DNA of 64,000 nucleotides from Schizochytrium sp. TIO01. Its lineage: Eukaryota; Protista; Bigyra: Labyrinthulomycetes. The notes below the pieces were generated by a model that saw nothing but the letters and a program-made list of their open reading frames with translations, had not been told where the DNA came from and made no database searches. Positions within the stretch are counted from its first letter, which is position 1. Every line of letters starts with the position of its first letter. The DNA is taken from assembly GCA_004764695.1 (NCBI GenBank), contig SMSO01000035.1, positions 4,476,040-4,540,039 of the forward strand, read 5' to 3'. Below, piece after piece: positions 36,643-47,329 of the stretch. Position numbers and translations under genes: made by a program.

Positions 36643-37041
36643 ATGTTGGCAGCAGCTCGCGGCGCCATGGCACGGCCACGCGGAGGCCTCACCGTGCGCG
36701 GACGTGCTTCCGTGCAGCGTGGCATTGAAGAGTTCTTTGATGTTAAGAGTGACAAGGCCATGGATGGCAACATCGAGACTGGCCGCTCATGGACTGTCGA
36801 CGAGCTCCGCTTGAAGTCGTACGAGGACCTCCACAAGCTGTGGTTCGTGCTCCTTAAGGAGAAGAACATGTTGCTCTCTGAGAAACATCTTATGCGTTCT
36901 ATGGGACAGACTCTTCCTGGCGCTGATCGTCTCGTTAAGGTGAAGAAGTCTATGGCTCGTCTCAAGACTGTCGTCAACGAGCGCTCCCGCGTGCACAAGG
37001 CCACCAAGGCTCTCGCGGAAACCAAGGACACCCAGGCATAA
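36643..37041 (+). CDS. MRPL47: Mitochondrial ribosomal protein uL29m (MRPL47)
   Basis: Arg-rich, acid-free N-terminal presequence; GIEEFFD, GRSWTVDELRLKSYEDLHKLWFVLLKEKNML and RLVKVKKSMARLKTVVNER. Codon bias typical of a highly expressed gene. Confidence 0.95.
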   Translation: MLAAARGAMARPRGGLTVRGRASVQRGIEEFFDVKSDKAMDGNIETGRSWTVDELRLKSYEDLHKLWFVLLKEKNMLLSEKHLMRSMGQTLPGADRLVKVKKSMARLKTVVNERSRVHKATKALAETKDTQA

Positions 37042-38502
37042 GAAGGTACATAGATAGGTAGTCAGATTGGTCGTAAGATAGGTTGCTAGGTAGGAAGAAA
37101 AACAGATTGACTGTAGGCAAAGATCAGCAAGATGTATATATGGATTACCTCACTTTTGATAGAGATTCACTTGAGGCTAACCCAACATCCATCATCTCGC
37201 CATCTCGCCATCTTCCTAGTTTGCCAACTCTATCTCGACGTCGATTCTCTCTATCTCTCTCTCCCTCTCTCTGTCTCTCTCTCTCTTTCCCCCTTCTCTC
37301 CCGGCTGCTCGTCTCCTTCCTTCGACAATGCACGGTCAGTCAACCAACGCAATATGCTCACACGCGATGGGTGAACTTAACTGTGGATGCAGCAGCAACA
37401 TCTTTTTAAATCGTCTGTATCACAACCACACGCTAGTGCGGAGATGATATCGGACATATTGCCACGAAAACGGGAATCACACAAAGCAGTACAATGAACA
37501 GCCGCCACCTGCCATCACAGTGTACGGTGTCGCGTCTTCATAGATGCCTGCTTTCCCGACGTGTGCATTCGCTTCATGTTGTCTGACGACATTTTGATCT
37601 CGTTCCCATTTGATTACAAAAGAAAAGAAGCTTAAGTATGATTCTGAATTTGATTCTTCGCCCTCCTCTCTGTAGCACTTCGAAGTCATTCATGCAAATT
37701 AGCATGATTGATTGGGTCTTGATACGCAATGACCAAGTGGTCACAGCAGCATTCGTTAAACTAAAAAAACTATGTTTAGCCTTAGCATTTAGGGAAGAAG
37801 CACTAGTACCTACTGTTGTCACATGTGCTGCTCGTATGTGATTGAATCATGGAGCTAACGACAGAGTGTGGAAAACTACCTGCTGTATCACCCCACCCCC
37901 TCCCCCTTATTAACCCAACAATATTAACTTCAGTTCAAGATTTCTCTTTTGGTTTTATTTGTTTCGTTGCTTCAGATGCATTATGTTTGGCGTCGAGGTG
38001 AGAATCTCAAACATCTCAATTTCGCCCAATCGAAGGATTATTGTTTTAATTGCAAACGATTACTGTTTGTGAAGCATTCTTATGCTTTTACTACAGAGAA
38101 AACAATTTCCCTTTTTTCATTTTGTCCATTGGAATTCATTCAGATTACCTCCCTTGGACACCATTTCATTAGTTAACTGAGTTAACTGAGCAACTTGAAA
38201 TAGAGTCCTAACACTCAATATTAACGTTGCGGCTTTCTACGGCAAAACAATCGAATTTCCAGACTACATAAATTGCGGCTAGCTAACCGAGAAGTCCCCT
38301 TTTGCATATATATAATACTGTTGTGGGTTCCCCTTTCCCGTAGAATCCTATACTGGGTATTGCTATAATCGCAGAATATGTTGTTGGACAGAGACCAAGA
38401 ATTGATTGTTGGATTGTGTCACAAAAAAATCAAATTTGTTATTATGTATACAACAGAATAATATTGGAATTACAATAAGAGAAACAGGCCAGTTATAGTA
38501 CT

Positions 38503-40191
38503 TTAGCGGGGCGTGGGAACAAGAAACTGTGTTGTCTGTGCAACAATGTAACGTGCAGCTGTTAACGGATGCCAATCTTTGGGATGGGATGGAGGAGCAG
38601 CTGGAGACTGGGCTCCCTTTGACAGATTAGGCAGTTGGTTTGAACTCCGATGCAAACCAGATTGAGAGAGAACGATCTGATGTGCCAAAACCTCTACCAC
38701 CACCTCTGTAATATCAGCAGGAGAAACAAATGGAGCACTGCGCACAAAACAAGCCACAGCTTTTGCAGCAACCTCAAGCGCCGCAGTTGCGTCGGACGAA
38801 GGGCCCAAATGTACAAACGGATGCATGCGAAGTGCAGTAATGATATTCAAAGCATGTCTCTCCATATCAAATGAAAGAGCCATCTCTTCAAGCCGGTCTT
38901 GAACTGTACGGAAATCAATGCGCGGTAGACGATAATACTGCTGGGGTTGTTGAGAGTTGGGTTCACGTCTATGGGTTGGTCTATGGGAGGAATCATGCGT
39001 GGAAGGCGACGGATCTGCAAGGCGTTGCGTGTCTTGCTTCCGTGGCCAAAGGATGGGTCTCCGACTCGCATGAGTAGGAGAATTCGGAGCGGAGTTGAGG
39101 CCACCTCCACTGGACCGCGACGACCTATACAACCATGTATTCATACTTGCTTGGCCTGGAGAAATTAAAGGTAACCGTAGGAAGAATGACTGAAAGAATG
39201 GGGTACAGAGGCCCTGGCCTCTGCGATCTGGTCCACTTGAGCTACTCGTTCGGTGGTCATACCATACAGATGGAACAGGCAATGCAGATGAAACCGCGAG
39301 TACCACATGTGGAACTTTAATCTCAAAATGGCCAGGGATCAAGAGGCTTTGCTCAGGGCCTACAGCCCCACCTACACCTACTGCATTTGAAACAAATTGG
39401 ACAGGCATAGTTTTACGAGTCATGATCTCTACCAGTGCCATTTGAGATTCATGGCTAAGGCGCTCCACATCTTGCAGAATGAAAACAAACGGAGAAGGGG
39501 TTTGCTGCATAGTACTCCTGATTTTGCCTGCCTTTTCACGCATCGAACTTCCAGATCCTTTGTTTTCGAAACGCCCTCCAGCCCCAATGGCTCCTAAAGA
39601 GTTTCCGTCAAAGGCGTGGTTTCTGTCCCATGGATCATCTGGTGAGCCATCATCATGGTTTCTCTCGCCTAAAGAAGATGGTCCTTGGTGTAGAGCATAC
39701 TGTTGTTGCAGGTGTTGGTGTTGGTGTTGGTGCTGATGTTGGTGTTGCTGATGTTGGTACTGCTGGTATTGTTGTTGCTGCTGGTTTTGATTTTGCTGTT
39801 GATTCTGCTGTTGTTGAACCTGCTGCATGTTACTTGCGAAGAGGAAAAAGAAAAAATCAGATCCCATTTCGCGTTCGCAAACTACACGGAAAACATGCTT
39901 TGTATCAAGGAATTCCGCAGCAGCAGTTTCAAGCCTGCGACCAAGAACTTCAGTTTCATTGCGCGATAGGTTTCGCAACGTGTCACCCTCGGGTAAAAGA
40001 TCTACGAAGAGGTGCCCCTTTGCCAAAGTGCTGAGTGTTAGCCCCCACGAAAAGTAAGCGTCGGGATCTTCTTTCCAAAGACGGGGAATACTGACCCTTG
40101 GGACCTTTTCAGCCCGATTCTCTGCCTTGCTACTCCCATGCTCCACGCCCTCCCCTGCTTCGCCGGAAGATTTCTCAGGTTTGCGCGTCAT
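38503..40191 (-). CDS. Degenerate MoxR/RavA-type AAA+ protein with polyQ/QH insertion (probably a pseudo-ATPase)
   Basis: FVFILQDVERLSHESQMALVEIM resembles the MoxR LLADEINRA..QSALLEAM Walker B region. The C-terminal lid LRMHPFVHLGPSSDATAALEVAAKAVA...FVSPADITEVVVEVLAHQI resembles GASPRA..AKA.A...V.PDDV....L.HR. LAKGHLFVDLLPEGDT sits where GHVLLEGxPGxGKT is expected. Confidence 0.7.
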   Translation of the reverse strand: MTRKPEKSSGEAGEGVEHGSSKAENRAEKVPRVSIPRLWKEDPDAYFSWGLTLSTLAKGHLFVDLLPEGDTLRNLSRNETEVLGRRLETAAAEFLDTKHVFRVVCEREMGSDFFFFLFASNMQQVQQQQNQQQNQNQQQQQYQQYQHQQHQHQHQHQHQHLQQQYALHQGPSSLGERNHDDGSPDDPWDRNHAFDGNSLGAIGAGGRFENKGSGSSMREKAGKIRSTMQQTPSPFVFILQDVERLSHESQMALVEIMTRKTMPVQFVSNAVGVGGAVGPEQSLLIPGHFEIKVPHVVLAVSSALPVPSVWYDHRTSSSSGPDRRGQGLCTPFFQSFFLRLPLISPGQASMNTWLYRSSRSSGGGLNSAPNSPTHASRRPILWPRKQDTQRLADPSPSTHDSSHRPTHRREPNSQQPQQYYRLPRIDFRTVQDRLEEMALSFDMERHALNIITALRMHPFVHLGPSSDATAALEVAAKAVACFVRSAPFVSPADITEVVVEVLAHQIVLSQSGLHRSSNQLPNLSKGAQSPAAPPSHPKDWHPLTAARYIVAQTTQFLVPTPR

Positions 40192-41344
40192 TTGTCTTTT
40201 GCTGGCGAAGACTTGGTAAACGAACTGCTCAAATGATTAACTGCTAGGTGTACTACCTATGTACTAACCTACTTACTATTGACTTCTACGAAGTAGTAGT
40301 ACAAGGCGTAAGCAAATGTTATTACCGTATAAGTTTATTAGTTCTGGGCTGCCACATCGGAGGCTTTGAAGACTAATTCTTGTCTGGGTATTTGCCTTGA
40401 ATTTTGCTCTCGACAAAAGGAGCTGATTGAATTAAGACAATCCTCTGCCTTCGACTAATGAAGGTGGTCCCTGCCTCTAAATCCAGATTGCGTGCAATGC
40501 CAAACTCTAAATTTGCATTGTGATCCAGTTTCAAGATCTAAAGAGGAAATCAATCCTTCTGGGAAGGACCTATGTATTTCTCGCAACACTCGCACGTGCT
40601 ATCTTTGAACTCAAGAGATCCTTCTTTATTTGTTTAGGAGACTTAAGCGCCAGAAAGATTTGGATGAATTAATCCCGTGAATTAGTTATTACAGTGCACT
40701 TATTGTGATGAGCTGATTTTATTTGATGTTGGGCTGATTTTTTATTGTAAAAGTGTAAATAACAAGTGCCCGCCTGCCGTACTCTACAAAAGAGATGTGA
40801 ATATCGTGCAGAGCCCAACACTTTGCTTTGAGACAGTAGCTCCTGGCAGCTCTTTTGGAAAGGGTGTTTACTTACTCTAGAGTTTCATCTTGTATAAGCT
40901 TTCTTATACAAATACTAATAATTATTATTACTATTGTTACTATTGTTATTTGTAATTAATTAATAACTTTTTAAAATAAAAATAAAATAAATAAAATAAA
41001 ATGAATTATGGCTGAGTCTTTTCGGTTGAGGAAATTGAGATTGACAAACAATAGTACTGTGGTCTGACTATATCATTATGGCAATCATGGTACCAAGATT
41101 GCTGGAAAAAAATAGCTCAGAACTTCGCTTTCATTAGTCTGCATACCACCATGGTAGGGCACGCATATTGTTCAAGTGCTGCGCAACTATGAAATGAAGC
41201 GCACCCAAGCTAGTTCATAAATGTGTTTCCTGTTTAGGAATCAATATACTTCAGGAAATCAATAGTATTTTCAGCCACGCGATGGTAACAACGGTTACTG
41301 TACAGTTATGAAGCCTCATCTACAACCTACCACACACAGATAGT

Positions 41345-41349
41345 ACCTA

Positions 41350-41385
<36 letters not shown>

Positions 41386-41392
41386 CTGCCTG
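41345..41392. repeat. (CCTG)n microsatellite with a CCTA variant at its edge
   Basis: tacctacctgcctgcctg... is directly visible. Confidence 0.9.
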
Positions 41393-42011
41393 ATTGATCG
41401 ATTGCTCTTCAGACTGTCGGCCATCTGACCATGCTGCTGCAGGGCTCTGGCGAGGTAGAGTGATTTGCACCCATAGCTGAGGTTGAGACATTTGAAGACT
41501 CCACATGAGCTCGTTGACGATCTTCTTGCAGAGAGACCGCGGGAATTCTACACTGCAGGGCTGGACCAGTTCGCATTTTCCGTCTGTCGGACTTACTGCA
41601 GCAACTCCTTTCGAAGTGAAGATAAAACATCACTGATTTTGTTTCGGTTTTGACTGTCTCTTCACATCTTCTTTACAAACACTGTTTGAGGTCTGATTCT
41701 CAACCGTTCATCCCACAGAGAGGGAGGATCTGTCAGACAGCAGACAGAACAGAGACAGCATCGAGCATGGGCAGAAGCCGCCTTTGGAAAGGGCTGACGG
41801 AAAGGGCTGACACGGCACGCCAGTGGAAAGCTCCATCCGCTTCGAGTCGCGTCCAAGTTGAGCGAACCAAGTGCGGGTTTGTGGGTTTGCAAAACGCGGC
41901 CAATCAATCGACACCGCGCATTGCGGAATGTGCTGTCTCGCGCCAAAGGCAGAATTCAATTCCTTCTTCTCTCTCTCTGAGCTTCTGAAGAAGACACCAG
42001 TAACCGACGAG

Positions 42012-42075
42012 GACAGACTGACTGACAGACTGACAGACTGACAGACTGACAGACTGACAGACTGACAGACTGACT
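42012..42075. repeat. (GACAGACT)n octanucleotide repeat
   Basis: About 7 units directly visible. Related (CAGA)n tracts occur at 42461-42495, 32012-32040 and 63635-63654. Confidence 0.9.
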
Positions 42076-43270
42076 ATTCGCGATCAGTTTGAGACAAGCT
42101 CTGGCAGAGACTGCTGCGGGTTCGCACAACCTGGTCATCAAGGCCTCCTCAACCGCTCCTGGAGAGAGGGAGGGCTTGGAGAACTGGAGAGCTCAGAGAG
42201 GATCTCTGCTCTGGGCAGTAGTACAGGAATACTAGACTAGAGTAGGACACGAATAGGACAGCAGACAGATGGATAGTTAAGTAGCAGATAGATAGGCAGA
42301 TAGATACCTACTAGCAGTACTAGTAATCTTACTACTACTAGTAGTGGTACTAGTAGTGGTACTAGTAGTAGTACTAGTGGGCCCTACCAGGCTGTTCTGA
42401 GGTGGGGGGTGCTCGAGGCTAGTAAGAAATGAGGAATCCAAGTCCGCAGACTCTTTGCTGACAGACAGACAGAGAGACAGACAGACAGACAGACAGGCGG
42501 TCAGTCCTATTGCAGAGGGTTCGCGCTTTGCTGATGTCCAGTCTGCGCAGAGGCAGCGGACGGCGGGCTTGAGCCGATCCACGGAGGAGGAGGCAGTGGT
42601 CGATGAATACAAATCTCGAGCCACCTCACGGAACAGAGGAAAGAAAACACACACTCTCACTCTGACTGATTTGAAGGAAAGAGGAGGAAAGAGGAGGAGA
42701 AGAAGAAGGAAAGAAGAGAGGACCTAAAGTAGCCAAGGAAGGAAAGTATCCGAGCAGCCAGCCAGAACAGTTATTTCCGAGGTGGTCTCGACTCACCTCC
42801 ACCCTTTGGTGGCTTTGATGGTCCCATCTCCTTGTCATCATCTGAGATGGTGTTTGGTGCAAGTCTAATCACAATGCAGTTTCTTATGATGACTCCAAAG
42901 CAAATCACTGCTCGGCTGCTTTCTAGCTAGAGTAGGTACGTCAGTAATGCCTCAGTGCTAAAGCAGAAAAACAATCAATCCTTTTTCTTCTTCTTTTTTC
43001 TTTTTGTTTGAAAACAAGATTTACAAAATGAATGTATGTCAAATTGTATGGTATTATATCATATCTAGATACTAGTACAGGGAAAAGTGAAAGTAGAAAA
43101 ATAAAAAGGGGAATTCTAAAGCGCCTACTGTAGTCATATTGTATACCTACCTAGTATATTAAAAAAACATTTTATACAAATACATAGAGAGGTATAGAGA
43201 CATCATAAGAGACATACGTACACATACTAAAGTTTGAAAGCCTGAGATGAAAAGAAAAAGAAAAAGAAAT

Positions 43271-43370
43271 CTAACAAAATGATTTGAGCTGTTTCGAACC
43301 AAACCAAACTAGCAAGCAGCATTCAATTGCTGCTCTGCTTCTGCTGCTTCTGCTTCTGCTGCTGCTGTAG
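43271..43370 (+). other. Putative 3' splice-site region upstream of IDE
   Basis: CTAAC at 43271-43275, then a pyrimidine-rich (CTG/CTT)n tract at 43327-43367 ending in TAG at 43368-43370. The IDE reading frame is open from there to the ATG. Confidence 0.4.
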
Positions 43371-43434
43371 ATACAAGCGGCAAAAGCTAGGCGACAGAGG
43401 CGGGGCCACTCAGACACCCGTGAGGTGGCCAACG

Positions 43435-46400
43435 ATGGCCGAGGCTTGGCGCAGAGCAGTGACTCTTGATAGCACGAATGGAGACGCAGCTGTAGAGAAG
43501 AGTTTGAACGATGAACGCACTTACCGCTGGTTAGAGCTCCACAACGAGCTGCAAGTGCTCCTTGTGTCTGACAGCAAGACCGAAAAGGCCGGTGCAGCCA
43601 TTGATGTCAATGTCGGCCACTTCAGTGACCCGGAGGAGATTCCGGGGCTCGCCCACTTTCTCGAACACATGCTCTTCTTGGGAACCGAAAAGTTTCCTGA
43701 CGAAAATAGCTACTCTTCCTACCTTTCCGAAAACGGTGGACGAAGCAACGCCTACACGAGCATGGAGAATACCAACTACTATTTCGATGTTGGCCATGCC
43801 CATCTTTACGGTGCCTTGGACCGCTTTGCACAGTTCTTCATTACCCCTCTTTTCACGGCAGATGCTACCGACCGTGAGCTGAACGCTGTAGATAGTGAGC
43901 ACGCCAAAAACCTGCAAGACGACATGTGGCGTCTCTTCCAACTCGAAAAGACCACCAGCAATCCTGAGCACCCCTTTCACAAGTTTGCTACTGGCGATAG
44001 TAAGACACTCCGTGATGAACCCAAAGCGAAAGGTATCAATGTTCGTGAGAGGCTCCTCCAATTTCACCAGGAGCATTACTCGGCAAATCGCATGCGCCTT
44101 GTTGTGCTTGGCCGTGAGTCTCTCGAGCAACTTCAGGAATGGGTCACAGACCTCTTCTCTCCAATTCCTAATACACATATCCCGCCTCCTTCTTACGGAA
44201 GCACTGAGGGCCCTCTCACACGCAAAGAAATGGGCCGAGTGCTCAAAATGGTCCCTGTGAAAGAGCTATACACCATTGAACTCTCGTGGTCTACTTACCC
44301 GCTACGCGATCTTTACATGCACGCCCCAGCTCGGTACGTAGCCAACCTCATTGGCCACGAGGGGCCGGGTTCGATTCTTGCACTCCTCAAGACTGAACTA
44401 GGTTGGGCCAATGCTTTGAGCGCAGGACAGTCCTTTGACAATTCTGACTTTGGTATTTTCAAGATTTCTATCGACTGCACCTCGCGTGGCATTGAGCATG
44501 TAAATGAAATCGTTGCAATTGTATTTGCATACATGCACCTTTTGATCAAGGATGACTTTGCTGGTGTGGAACAGTGGCGTTGGGAGGAAATGGCTACACA
44601 AGCAGCGAATACCTTCCGCTTTGCTCCCCCATCGGCGCCCTTTGGATTTGTTTCTCGCATTGCTTCAAAAATGCAAGTGTATCCGCCTGAACACATTCTC
44701 TCGAGCAGCCTTCTTCGCGATTTCTCTCGCGAGTCGGTTATCGATTTGCTTCAACTTTTTACTCCCGAGCGCATGCAACTCATCATTATTCACCAAGGCC
44801 TTGAAGATGTTGCTGTTGAGGAAGAAAAATGGTACAAAACTCGCTACTGCATTGAAAAGCTGGAATCTAATCTTCTGGCCTCGTGGCACCCCAATGCGGA
44901 TCCTTTGCAAGTTCTTGAGGACAGTCTTAGGGAACGCGCCAACTTGCACTTGCCTCATGCCAATACCTTTTTGCCTACCGACTTCGATATCAAGCCCTTT
45001 TCCGAGCCCTCAGTTGAGACCGCAGACGAAATTGTATCTTCCTTTCATGATAATGAGACACCAGCTTCAGCACCCAATGCATACCAACCTTGGGTTGTGT
45101 CTCAAGCTCTTCGTGCAACGACTGAGACTCGTGTCGCCGGTGTAGATGACAAGGGTTTTGTTGATCAGCAAAGTACTTTGATCCCGTGGTCAGATGGTGC
45201 GGATGTATGGCGACCGCCTGTTCTCATTGCCAGTGGCCCCCGTGTTGGTGGACTGTTGTGGTTCAAGCAAGACACTGTATTTAACGTACCCAAAGGCGCT
45301 GTGAATATTTTCTTGAGAAGTGAAGAAGCTTACAGTGACCCAGTCTCAGCTGTTCTTTCAGAGTTGTACTCAAACCTTGTTCAAGAGTATCTCGTAGAGT
45401 TCGCCTATGATGCAGAGGTTGCAGGATTGTTTTACCAGATCCGCAATAACATTGATGGGCTTATTATTACCGTCGGTGGGTTTGCTCACAAGCTTCCTGT
45501 ACTTCTTGACCGAGTCATGGAGACATTGTCTGACGAGTCAGCGCTTTCTGAGAAAGAGTTTATCCGCTTTAAGGAAAAACTTGTCCAAGACTACCGAAAC
45601 TTCGAGAAGGAGCAAACGTACCAGCATGCGTTGTACAATTGCACCGTTCTTTTGAACACACCGAGATGGCACATTGACGAGAAGCTCGCTGCACTCCAAA
45701 AAATTGATAATGTTCAGCTTGTACGGGATCACGCACGGGCTTACTTGCGCAGTGCTACGTTGGAAACACTTGTAGTAGGTAACTTCACACCCGATGAAGC
45801 GCTTCAAGTTGCAGAGAGAGCCCGGGAAAAGCTTCCTCGTGATGCGATCAATGCGCCCGGTGCAGTCCTTGGTGCAGCTGCTGGAGCACGCGTTGTGGCT
45901 CTTGATGAAGGTGTAGAAGCACTTTACATGCAAGCAACTCGTGACACTGAGAATGTTAACTCTGCAGTGGAAGTCATTTACCAGATTGGAGCCATTAATG
46001 ACGACCCAGTTACTGAAGCAGCACTGCGTATCTTTGGCCATATTGCTCAGGAACCATGTTTTAATCGCTTGCGTACTGAGGAGCAGCTAGGATACATTGT
46101 TTTCTGTGGTTTACGATTTGACTCTGGTGTTGCTGCGCTCCGGGTCATTGTCCAATCCTCACGTGCGGACCCCTTTGTGTTAGATGAACGAATCGAGTCT
46201 TTCTGGCAAGACTTTGCCGAAAAGGTGCTGTACACTATGTCTGAGGAAACGCTGCAAGCAAACAAAAACGCTGTTGCTGAAAACCTTCTTGAAAGAGACA
46301 AGACTGTTTTTGCTGAGCTTCGTCGCTGGGTAGCTTCTATTGAACGCCAAACCTACAAGTTTACAAAACTCGCCCATCTCGTAGAAGCTATCCAGACAAC

Positions 46401-46668
46401 AACTAAAAGGGATCTGATCAACTTGTTTGAACAGCATATCATGTCGCGAGAAAAACGTAAAAAGCTGGTGGTAGGCTACTTTGGAGCTAATCATGCTGGA
46501 GCCTTATCCTCACCTTCTTCTTTTAAGTCAACGAACGAACAGCAACCTGCAGCTGCCATCGCGGAGCACATGCGCGGAGCTGCAGTAACGAGAAAACTTT
46601 GGGTCGAATCAATCCGTGAATTTCGTGCTACACATCGTCTTTACCCTGCACAAACTAACAAGCTTTAA
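43435..46668 (+). CDS. IDE: Insulin-degrading enzyme / insulysin (peptidase M16A)
   Basis: Inverzincin motif GLAHFLEHMLFLGTEKFP, NAYTS, DRELNAVDSEH, GHEGPGS and FNRLRTEEQLGYIV; C-terminal NKL. First ATG at 43435; an upstream exon is possible. Confidence 0.95.
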   Translation: MAEAWRRAVTLDSTNGDAAVEKSLNDERTYRWLELHNELQVLLVSDSKTEKAGAAIDVNVGHFSDPEEIPGLAHFLEHMLFLGTEKFPDENSYSSYLSENGGRSNAYTSMENTNYYFDVGHAHLYGALDRFAQFFITPLFTADATDRELNAVDSEHAKNLQDDMWRLFQLEKTTSNPEHPFHKFATGDSKTLRDEPKAKGINVRERLLQFHQEHYSANRMRLVVLGRESLEQLQEWVTDLFSPIPNTHIPPPSYGSTEGPLTRKEMGRVLKMVPVKELYTIELSWSTYPLRDLYMHAPARYVANLIGHEGPGSILALLKTELGWANALSAGQSFDNSDFGIFKISIDCTSRGIEHVNEIVAIVFAYMHLLIKDDFAGVEQWRWEEMATQAANTFRFAPPSAPFGFVSRIASKMQVYPPEHILSSSLLRDFSRESVIDLLQLFTPERMQLIIIHQGLEDVAVEEEKWYKTRYCIEKLESNLLASWHPNADPLQVLEDSLRERANLHLPHANTFLPTDFDIKPFSEPSVETADEIVSSFHDNETPASAPNAYQPWVVSQALRATTETRVAGVDDKGFVDQQSTLIPWSDGADVWRPPVLIASGPRVGGLLWFKQDTVFNVPKGAVNIFLRSEEAYSDPVSAVLSELYSNLVQEYLVEFAYDAEVAGLFYQIRNNIDGLIITVGGFAHKLPVLLDRVMETLSDESALSEKEFIRFKEKLVQDYRNFEKEQTYQHALYNCTVLLNTPRWHIDEKLAALQKIDNVQLVRDHARAYLRSATLETLVVGNFTPDEALQVAERAREKLPRDAINAPGAVLGAAAGARVVALDEGVEALYMQATRDTENVNSAVEVIYQIGAINDDPVTEAALRIFGHIAQEPCFNRLRTEEQLGYIVFCGLRFDSGVAALRVIVQSSRADPFVLDERIESFWQDFAEKVLYTMSEETLQANKNAVAENLLERDKTVFAELRRWVASIERQTYKFTKLAHLVEAIQTTTKRDLINLFEQHIMSREKRKKLVVGYFGANHAGALSSPSSFKSTNEQQPAAAIAEHMRGAAVTRKLWVESIREFRATHRLYPAQTNKL

Positions 46669-47329
46669 ACTTGATCTATCGAATGGTCGGGCAAATAAGA
46701 TTGCACGTCCAACGCTTCCCCCAATGTATTCGGCATTAAATCGAACTTTTGTTTGTCCATGTTTACTTAACTTCTCTTGCTTTTTTGCTTTGTGTTACCT
46801 TGAGTTGACCAAAAGACAGCGAATAGGACGAGATTTGGAGTTTGGTGAGCTGGTCGTAAAAAGGTTTGTGCAACTTTGAAAACAAGACCTAATTTCGTTA
46901 AATTTTAAGCGGGATTTTCCTTTTTATCCATATGCAAAATCCTATTGTCTTCATGTGAGGTTCAGTTCAATTGAGTTTGTTAAATTTACAAACATTCACA
47001 CTATCTAATTTGGTAGTAAGTTTGTTTCTAATCTTTTTTGCTTCTACGTCAAAACATTAAATCGAACTGAAGTAACTTGAAGTCTTAGTTTTGCATTGTA
47101 GTATAATTGATTATTATTTAGTTTTGAGAAGTAAGTAGTTTTTTGGGTTACATTTATGTGCGCAAATATGTAAAGATAGATATTTATTGTGAAAAATCAG
47201 CCAAAAGTGAAACCTAAATTATACACCACATCAAGTTATTGCACCATCATATTCAAAACGTTGAGTAACGAGAATCCTCTGGGGTTTTCTAGACTTGAGA
47301 TAATAAATGCTAGTTTCAGCTAGGTTAAG

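Noticed and set aside
38270-38345. GAAGTCCCC resembling the RNase MRP/P conserved region I
   Set aside because: No matching downstream conserved region or P4 pairing found; it lies in the 3' flank of the AAA-like gene.
43327-43434. Cys-rich N-terminus of IDE given by the ORF track
   Set aside because: Starts at TTG and translates a (CTG/CTT)n tract that looks like an intron end. The non-ATG extensions for HSP70, kinesin, NUDT22 and TIL were trimmed for the same reason.
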